A stretch of DNA of 62,538 bases, filler included, from Dugesia japonica (taxonomy: Eukaryota): NCBI GenBank assembly GCA_001938525.1. It is 5 parts of 5 records of this genome, joined end to end, with 100 filler letters (N's around TTAATTAATTAA, not from the genome) between each part and the next. Parts side by side here need not be neighbours in the genome. Positions count along the whole stretch, not along the records: positions 53,553 to 62,538 come from MQRL01545657.1; 4 more parts are not named here. One strand, 5' to 3'. A program made the position numbers and the translations under genes. Every line of letters begins with the position of its first letter. Position 1 is the first letter of the stretch. The notes under the pieces were generated by a model that worked only from the letters and a program-made list of their open reading frames with translations, searched no databases and had not been told where the DNA came from. Below, one piece after another: positions 54,080-62,538 of this stretch.

Positions 54080-54355
54080 CTAATTCCAAATTTTCATTTT
54101 CTTTTGATGCTTTATTTTGTGAGAATGATCTTCATCATTGTCAGTATTATTGAATTTTATGAAAAACTGAGTGCACACTTCAACAACAATGTTTTGCAAA
54201 GTTACATATGGAATATTGGTACCATTAGATGTGGAATTACAAATATCCGTGAGAACGTTGTTTCGGTAGATTTTATCTTCCCAATTCAACAAATCGGGCA
54301 TCATTTGAACCAAAGAAAATCCAAAAATGAAAATTAAAATTATGGTAAGTTTCAT
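54080..54355 (-). CDS. Candidate small secreted protein (91 aa)
   Basis: ATG-initiated. MKLTIILIFIFGFSLVQ looks like a signal peptide; there are two Cys, NxS/T sites and a His/Lys-rich tail. No recognised homolog. Confidence 0.4.
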   Translation of the reverse strand: MKLTIILIFIFGFSLVQMMPDLLNWEDKIYRNNVLTDICNSTSNGTNIPYVTLQNIVVEVCTQFFIKFNNTDNDEDHSHKIKHQKKMKIWN

Positions 54356-54961
54356 TTTAATTTATTTAATCGTTTAATATGATTATTTTTATCATTTATA
54401 TAACTATCCAGATTACTTATAAAATATTCAGTAGTATACATAATAAAAAGGAAAAATGCTAATTTCTTCCCTTATTTTATTCTACTGTTCAAATAGACAC
54501 AACATCGACGAAAGAATAATATAAATAATTAATTTTTCTTTTGTTTAAATACACATCATTGATTTATCTATTGTTTTAACTATTGGATTCAAAATCCAAA
54601 TTGTTTTGACTGAAAAATTTCTATTTACATCTCAATAAATTTTATCAAATGAATAAATTAAAATTTTTAATAATTTGCAAGTGAAATTGTAGGTTTACAT
54701 TTCTTTAATTTATAATAAACTTAAATTATCCACTCTTACTTAAATGGAATTTGAAGTAGGTGGTTAGGCAGGGACACGCGCGGAAGTGACGTAATCACCG
54801 TTCACGCCTCTTATGTAAACAACAATAGGTGTGAAATTTTCACATCTTAATGTAAAGAATGTAAAATAAAAATTCACACCTTTAGAATAAACAATGACCT
54901 TAGGTGTGAAATTTCACACTTCAGTTGACCTCAAATTAAATTTTTTTGTTTAAATTAACAT

Positions 54962-56950
54962 GAAAAAATTGTACACATAATTTGCTAAGATCCAGCACCA
55001 CCTGTCCAATGTAACTTGGTCTATCCAGACATATACAATCCTTCTCCAGCAAGAAAGCTTTTAATCCTTCTGCATCGTCTTTTTGAATGTCACTTTGCTC
55101 GTATACGTAACAAATTTCTTTTCATTATTGCAGAGTCGAAGATTCATACGCTTTTATAAATTCTCCACCGTCTTACCGTATAAAGCATTATTCAGCAACT
55201 TAAACAAATCCTTCTCGAATTTTGTCTTAGATGCAGCTCTTATTGCTGAATTTGCGTTATGTAATTCGCAAAGATTTCCGTCTGTTTAAATTTAATTATC
55301 TTGTGTACTGCCGTCACACGAGCACCTAGNTTTATATACAACTCCAACCATCGCCAATAGATAAAATAATGGCTTTTCGGCTCATGTGTTAGCAGCAATC
55401 TTTTCACCTTTGATTCTGGCGGGCATTTATGCTCTGGGGCCAAAGGTAATTGATCAAACCTATCATGATATTCGATAGGTATCTCCAGATCAATTTCCAA
55501 CAAGTATCCGATTTCATTATCACAGATTGATAATAATAACGTCTGATATTCTTCTCCCGACTGATCTTACGCTATAAACTCAAAGTCTCAATATGGTAAA
55601 AGCTGTGTTAAGGCGCAACCATATATTTTATTTATATTAATATATAGCAGTGAGGTATTCTTATCTGCCTGAAAGTATTGTGTATTTACCAATGTCATGC
55701 CACCCCAAATTCCTGATTCAATTAACCGATACGTTTCCGGGTCCTGTAGTAATTCAAACGCTCTATCCATTATTTTGAGAACACTTGACTAACTCAATCC
55801 CGGTAATGATAGAAATTGAAGCGGCTCCAATTTATGCTCCTCAAGTGCTTTTTTTCTGAATGCTTGGAATACTTCGCCAATAGATAAATATCCAGTTTTA
55901 TATAATATAACATGTTTTCCAAGAGATTTTTTCTCCGAGATTCCGACCATGCCGCAACTGCCAATTGATATTCTTCTTCGGTTATTTCCGGTCACCTATC
56001 TGTTAATGTTGTTCGATTGACGAGCATCTTATAAGATGTTTCGAACTTGTACGGAAATATTCCTTTACTTTGATGTCCTTGCTGCAGGAATTCTGACAAT
56101 GTAATCAGCCAGTTCTCAGGAGTTGCAGTCAACGATGATAGTGAACTGCTCAGGAACTGGTATGAATCAATAAATCGAATTGTGATTCCATTACTCACAT
56201 TTGCAAACATTGTAAGGAATCTTTCTGTGGTTTGTGTAATTGATTTCAGCTCCCAATGCTGAAATATTTGATTATATGATGTGAATCATAACCTTTAAAG
56301 TTATGAAATACAACAGACAATTCCATTCTGTTCTTTTTGGATAAATTGCATTGATTGTATGCAGCTCAAATATATTTTCCTGAGAAAAAATCGTGATCTC
56401 GAACTAGTTTCTTGCTATGGTCTCCACATAAATAGCAAAGTGTGGAGACATTCTGATCTTCTGTTGTTATTTTCATATCTGCACACATGTTTTTTTTATA
56501 CCATGGTGCCACTACATTTTTTGCTAATTTATCAATACAATTAAAAAATTCGACCATACAATTTTCGCCAGAAAATGAATAATATTCGCATTTCCTTGCT
56601 TCATTCAGTAATTAAATTATTAATAGACCACAGGTATTGATACGTGCTTCACTCGACCATCGTCTTCTGAGACTAGGACTGCTTCAATATCAGCATATAT
56701 TACAAATTCTGGAGTAATAGTTTTCCGAAATTCTTGAATTTCAACTCCTTTTCTTCCGGCATTCTGTACAGGGTTGCTTATTCTGTAATGTGGCTGCATA
56801 GAGCTACATGCTATTTGAATGTAGTTTGTGTCCTAAAACCATGAAGACACTTTTGATATCATTTTCTATGAATCTGTTGGTTTATTGATTAAATACCTAA
56901 ATTCAATAATCTATCCAGATTTACCACTCCGTGTAATGATGATCCTGATC
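54962..56950 (-). pseudogene. Protein-primed DNA polymerase B with inserted EndoVII-like domain
   Basis: C2H2 KCLHGF..HVALC; ExoI FVIYADIEA; CYLC..VRDHDFFSGKY..CN; FHNFKGYDSH; FIDSYQFLSSSL; KGIFPY; SLPGLS; GIWGG; KIYG; KLLNNALYGKTVEN; PSYIGQVVLDLSK. Many frameshifts, and the YxDTDS motif is absent. Confidence 0.9.
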
Positions 56951-57124
56951 GTTTTTCAACACCAGCAAATTCACGGGGCATCCATGTGGGTTTTTTGTTC
57001 AGAAAACCACGTCAACATTTGAATTCTTGTAAACAATTTCAGTGTCTTCTTCTTCATCAATTACTTCTTTATACTTAAAAACCGTTATTGATTTATCATT
57101 TTCCGCTCAGATTTCGTGATATTG

Positions 57125-58128
57125 ATGAGCTTCATCGGCATCTTCTGCTCATCGTTATCAGATGCTAACAATTTTGATTTCAATTTAATCAATACCAAAA
57201 ATAAGAAGCAATTAATTTCAGTTATTGAATCTGATGAGCAGTTGATTCTGGAAAATAATCCATAAATATCTTTAAAATGAAAGTTTAATACTATTGATGA
57301 AGGAAAGGCTAAAATAAAAGAAATTGAAGAAAATGTAAATGTTGAGATTAAAAATGGAAAACCTGTTGTTTCTGGATTGAAAAATAAAAAGAATTGCGAA
57401 ATCAGTATTAATGGTGGAAAAAAAATAATTATCAAGTCTGATTGCAATATGGAATCGGAGTTTAATTCATTGTTTGATGCTCGGTTACTAGCATTTAATT
57501 CGCAAAAGACGAAAAACAAACCAATGCACTCATTTATCGAATCAGATACTCAAAGGTTGGATAATATTTCCAAAACCGATGTTAAATTAAAATTTACTGA
57601 AAGCGAAACAGAAATAAATTATTTTGAATTTGAAAGTGATTTAATGGTTACGGATCTGGATAATCTGGTTACATCATTTATAAAATTATGCCGTAAAATA
57701 TTTAAAGAACTTTTTAGAGATTTGGACTGGTCATGTTTAAATTACTTGATAATAATGAATATGTATCATTTGATGAGAGTCTTTCTCTAATACTCGGTCT
57801 TCCTTCTGCAAAATTCTACAAGTATACAGAACAAGTAAAGAATTTGCATAAACCATTATTACATGATGGTACCAGGCAACTATATATTTACTCATCAATA
57901 GTCAATATAATTCTGATTAGTGATATACGAGTGCCACGTTTGTGGAGTATATATGTTGATAGTAATAAGCGTTCATTTGGTGATGTTGTACATGTAAGAC
58001 TTGAAAATCCAATTTATTTACCTGTATCATCATCAATCAACAAAATTGAAGTAAACATACATGATGATGCGGGAAGATTGATTGATTTTCCATATGGATC
58101 AAAAACAAGTTTAAGACTATATTTTTGA
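57125..58128 (+). pseudogene. Minor capsid protein (penton)
   Basis: The C-terminus LYIYSSIV..ISDIRVPRL..GDVVH..NPIYLPV..KIEVNIHDDAGRLIDF..LYF fits the Polinton penton. The upstream frame 57125-57790 has stops and a frameshift. Confidence 0.8.
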
Positions 58129-58376
58129 CAAGTATAAACAATTTGATAACAATTTGATTTATTATTGAAATGGTTGATTGAGCTATTATTACAATGTATA
58201 GTCGTCCACAAATGGATGGAGACTTGCCATACTTTATCGATAGTCAAAAACAGCAAGGTGATGGAAATTGACTGCATAGAATTGGAAGTTTGCAATTTCA
58301 ATTTTATAGAAATTTGGACTTTCAATNNNNNNNNNNNNNNNNNNNNNNNNNNNNNNNNNNNNNNNNNNNNNNNNNN

Positions 58377-58788
58377 TGATTAGTGATATACGAGTGCCAC
58401 GTTTGTGGAGTATATATGTTGATAGTAATAAGCGTTCATTTGGTGATGTTGTACATGTAAGACTTGAAAATCCAATTTATTTACCTGTATCATCATCAAT
58501 CAACAAAATTGAAGTAAACATACATGATGATGCGGGAAGATTGATTGATTTTCCATATGGATCAAAAACAAGTTTAAGACTATATTTTTGACAAGTATAA
58601 ACAATTTGATAACAATTTGATTTATTATTGAAATGGTTGATNGAGCTATTATTACAATGTATAGTCGTCCACAAATGGATGGAGACTTGCCATACTTTAT
58701 CGATAGTCAAAAACNGCAAGGTGATGGAAATTGACTGCATAGAATTGGAAGTTTGCAATTTCAATTTTATAGAAATTTGGACTTTCAA
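58377..58788 (+). repeat. Near-identical duplicate of 57914-58325 across a gap (probable assembly overlap)
   Basis: The sequences on the two sides of an N-run are essentially identical. Confidence 0.8.
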
Positions 58789-59036
58789 TTACAAAGTCGG
58801 TGAGACGAGAAGCACTAAAAACTGTTGATGATGTTATAAGCAAGAAGCAGTCATTTAAGGAATCAATCAAGAACAAAGCAATGAATATGTTGCCGGATGT
58901 TAAGGAAAATACACTTAATGCAATAAAGAAAGTTGTTGGTGGACAGCTTGGCAATAGAATACGTAAACTAAAAAATAAAATAACATTGACTATAAACAAA
59001 AGACGACAATTAGATGGAGCCATCTTTGCAAAATAA
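58633..59036 (+). pseudogene. Small Gly/Lys-rich virion core or membrane-active protein between penton and hexon
   Basis: PQMDGDLPYFIDSQK.QGDG..FAISIL..REALKTVDDV..SFKESIK..GGQLG..KRR resembles the Q.GG.LP.F....Q.G.G protein of adintoviruses. Frameshifted. Confidence 0.6.
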
Positions 59037-60262
59037 GCATGTATGCCGGAAAACTGAATCATCGCTTTTTGACCACAATATTCCACATATTGTTGTTAAA
59101 AGCTCAACGTTTGAAGAAATATACCCAAAGGATTCTATAACTGGGTATGCTGGACAACAAATTGAATTCAATATTATTGGTTCAGATAATGATTACTTGG
59201 ATTTGAATGATACGTTGCTCATTATTAAAATGAAGACAGTGAAACATAATGAAACGGATTTTGCATCAACTGATACTACCAACATAATTATTTACAATTA
59301 CTCGCTTCACACTCTATTCAAAGAAGCATCATTAACACTAAATAATGTAAAGATTGAAGATACAAATGATACGTATATGCAAAAGNCGGTAATTGAAGCC
59401 TCATTGAATTTCGGATCGGATACAAAAAACACTTCTTGAAGCAATTGGTTATCATAAAGAAGATGACAAGTGTAAAGGTTGGATTAAAGCGTCTGCAAAG
59501 CTAAAGCTCTGTGGTGCACTTAATTTGGATTTCTTTGACCCACCAAAGTATTTGTTGCCGGGAGTCAATGTGACAATCAAATTGACGAGAAATGTGGGTT
59601 TGGTAATTTAAAAATATACCAAGGGTACAGTTGAGAATAATCCACAACCGTACATTATAGAAACAAAATTAGTAATGCGATGTGTTTGTGTTGATCAGTT
59701 GGTTATGATTGGACATCGTCAAGGATTGGAACATCAAGATGCAATATACCCTTTCCAGAAAACAAAAATAGTACATTTTACAATTCAGAAAAACTCACAT
59801 GGGGAATATAAAGATAATCTCTTTTCTGATGAAAGGTTACCGAAATTTGTTTTGATTGCTTTCCAATCATCGAAACAAGCAAGTGCTGATTACGGCTCAT
59901 TTAGCTCAAAATTTTCAAATTTTGGTGTAAAATCAATATACTTGGTGAGAAACGTTGATTATCGAGAAACATATACTACTGACTTTGATACCGACTATAC
60001 TGAAGCATATGTTCAATCGATTATTCGTAATGTGGGTATGTTAAATGTTATTACAATGAAGGAATTTAAAGATTCGTATACGTTTTTCACCTTTGTATTG
60101 GCTCTGGACTTTGCAGTTCATCAACCTCATTTGCCAAAAACTGGAAATCTCAAGTTGGATGTGCGATTCTTTAAAGCCTTGACGAAATCAGTGACAATGT
60201 ATAAATATGGAGTATTTGATTCTGAAATTCAAATCACCAAGAATGGAGTAGTGGTTGTATAA
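59014..60262 (+). pseudogene. Major capsid protein (hexon, double jelly-roll)
   Basis: CRKTESSLF..IYP..QIEFNIIGS..YLDLNDTLL..K; SLHTLF; PKYLLPGVNVTIKLTRN; LPKFVLIAF; KTGNLKLDVRF..L...V....GVFDSEIQI. One frameshift near 59435 and internal stops. Confidence 0.9.
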
Positions 60263-60335
60263 ACAATACATACATGTATGTGTGTATTGCATAGCATGAA
60301 GTATGATTTGTTTATATAAAGAGAATTTATTGATT

Positions 60336-60684
60336 AATAATACTTTTCAAATTGAAACTATACTGAAACGTGATTTGGGCAGCAAGCGATTAAAAGGAGT
60401 GTATCCACTAGAACGATAATCAGACTTTTTACTAAACAGATGCTATGTAATCAATACACATACTTCAAATTTGGATGGTGACCATTGAATTGCAATTTAT
60501 GTCAAACCAAATATTATTCGTGTATTCGATCCAATGGGTATGTTTTATCCACCATTGCTGGTAACAAAATTGGAGCGTTTGCAACAACGTGTTGATACAA
60601 TCAAATAATGTTTCAGAATTCATTGACACTTCTATATGGACAATATTGTATTGAATGGCCCAAAAGCCAGTATAAACAATGTTG
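60336..60684 (+). pseudogene. Adenain-like cysteine maturation protease
   Basis: Not in the ORF track. Manual translation gives NTFQIETIL..KGVYP..YVINTHTSNLDGDH*IAIY..VFDPMG..(frameshift)..FQNSLTLLYGQYC. H-W has become H-stop, and the catalytic Cys position is Tyr. Confidence 0.85.
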
Positions 60685-60708
60685 ATGTGATTATCAATAA
60701 AACGTTTA

Positions 60709-60876
60709 ATGTTTGTGTTTTTTATTGATTATGAAGCCTTTCAGGATAATAATGGTGACTATTTAATTAAAGAACTATGTATAATGGATGCGAATAATAT
60801 TCTTCATTTATATGTCTCAGTTGCTGATCATTATTACCACTCATTGAATCATTTATTGGTTTTCAGGATAAATTAG
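60709..60876 (+). pseudogene. N-terminus of DEDD-type exonuclease-like Polinton accessory gene
   Basis: MFVFFIDYEAFQDNNGDYLIKELCI resembles the D.EGF....F..KELA motif. Truncated. Confidence 0.55.
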
Positions 60877-61169
60877 AATATTTGGAATTAGTTTTTTTGT
60901 GATGAAAATAATGTAGTCTCTAACAACTTCCAATTTGGTTATACTTCTCATACTTATGCTTAAAACATGATTTCTTAATTGCACTTGAATAAGTTTCATT
61001 GCCAACAAAATATATCAAGATTTGCTGTCAATTCTGGACGCATTTTGTCATTTAACTCGTCGTTTAATGTTTTGCTTCTTAAGCCATTCAGGATAAAAGC
61101 TCTTGATATTTTATCAGGTGATATCAAAAATATCGTATAAGAGTTATTTTACCCTTATTTCCGAATTCC

Positions 61170-61580
61170 GATATTTTTCATAAATATCTGTCACTTCAAG
61201 ATATATTTTTTCGTACTACATGTTTCCACAGAATATTTGTCATCTTCAGATACAATATTTAATTTTTTTTAAAAGTGCATATATAATAAAATTTCTGATT
61301 ATATAATCAATTATTTAATCTCCCCAATAAATAAAATTAAAAACAATCATTAAAAAATTAATGTTCAAACTGATATTTTCAAATCTTTATTGAATGTTTT
61401 CAATTAATTTGCTTTATTGGAGATATTGCATAATTGATTACATAATTAGATTTTTTTTTATATACTTAAGCACTTTTAAAATAGAATTAAATATTGTATG
61501 TGAAGATGACAAATATTCTGTTGAGACATGCAATAGAAAAATATATCTTGAAATGTCGTTTCAGAGATTTTATTAAAAAA
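61170..61580. repeat. ~400-nt foldback (imperfect inverted repeat)
   Basis: TTCAAGATATAT..ACAGAATATTTGTCATCTTCA..ACAATATTTAATT is mirrored by AATTAAATATTGT..TGAAGATGACAAATATTCTGT..ATATATCTTGAA. Confidence 0.75.
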
Positions 61581-62538
61581 TTGCAGTTTTTCTCTGATTA
61601 TTTTCATAAATCCTTTGCTTAATTCAAGATAGGTTGAAATATCATTTTATTGGCGACCTGGCATTAATAAATGTTGGTCGAAAACAACTTTAGTTCTTTT
61701 CATTTCATATGAATTTTTACTTGTGTTGACTTCTTGCCACAATTCCTTACCATTCATCATTATTACCTTTCACATATCGAGTGCGAAAGAAATGCCCAAT
61801 TAGTTAACTATGGCAAATTTATTGGTGGTTTGTATCCAATTTTCTGCAATATCTGAAAAACCGTAAAAAATGTTGGCTTAGAAATCAGTATTTCTTGAAT
61901 AGCTTATGAAAGATTTGTAAAAATCTTTTATCGTTCTTCTTCCTTTTGCCTAGTAATGACACTAACTTCCATATGATCGCCAGTTAGATTTTCTATTTCA
62001 CAATTAAGCATGACAATTAATAAAGTATGTTTAAAATTAAAAAAATCAGTAATATTTAAACAAATATATTTAAATATTATATCTAGCAGTTGTTATTTGA
62101 TAATTGATAAATAAGTTAATAAGAGAATCAGAAAAGAATCAGACTTAAATTTAAAATATCGACCTCTCTCCTTTGCTTTAAGAAATCAGACCGTATTCAC
62201 CATGAAATACAAATGAAAAGGCTAATATACAACAGATTAATAGACTAACAGACTAATTATAGAAACAAATTATAGAAAGATAATAATTTCATGAAATTAA
62301 TAATATAAATTTAATCGATTATTTTAAGTTATTTAATATATTCTAGTTTTCTTTGTATTGTTTGTATTACACAGTTTTATTTATTTTTATTTTCTTTAGT
62401 TCATCAATTCCTTCTAAATACATTCTGGTATTTGGATTGATTTCCTACAATTAAGCCAATTTCAACAGCAATTGTTAGATTAAACTCTTAAAATTTAGTA
62501 GCTTTGCGCGCTTATTAGAATAATTATTTAGATTTCTT

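Larger units (their letters stand above)
54755..60876. mobile_element. Endogenous Polinton/Maverick (adintovirus-type) element, degraded and internally deleted
   Basis: AGTAGG terminus; pPolB on the minus strand; then penton, core protein, hexon, adenain and DEDD-type ORF on the plus strand. No integrase, ATPase or right TIR seen. Confidence 0.92.

Noticed and set aside
57085-57519. 144-aa minus-strand ORF in the virus
   Set aside because: Antisense shadow of the penton reading frame.
57914-58788. True tandem duplication of the penton end and core gene
   Set aside because: Identical sequence on both sides of a gap is typical of an unmerged contig overlap. Similar cases occur at ~40800-40965 and ~41565-41630.

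Overview
AT-rich eukaryotic (animal) genomic DNA. Introns of 39-48 nt, the ciliary gene AK7 and the transposon mix are compatible with a planarian flatworm (inference only). The window is five assembly pieces joined by 100-nt artificial linkers (N44-TTAATTAATTAA-N44, cores at 10509, 23837, 40236, 53497), so adjacency across them is not evidence. Host genes: the first 8 exons of adenylate kinase 7 (minus strand) and an uninterrupted 1241-aa Strawberry notch helicase-like ORF. Most of the rest is decayed transposons: hAT, Gypsy, Penelope (including a minimal hammerhead ribozyme), mariner and MULE. The main feature is an endogenous Polinton/Maverick (adintovirus-type) virus at about 54.75-60.9 kb, with pPolB, penton, a core protein, hexon, adenain protease and a DEDD-nuclease start. 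A TATAAACAA motif recurs ahead of four of its plus-strand genes. Also present are a second, open pPolB fragment (22.5-23.8 kb) and elements with AGTAGG termini. One of these (3823-5311) has both terminal inverted repeats (TIRs) and a perfect 6-bp target site duplication (TSD), which suggests non-autonomous Polinton-mobilised derivatives.
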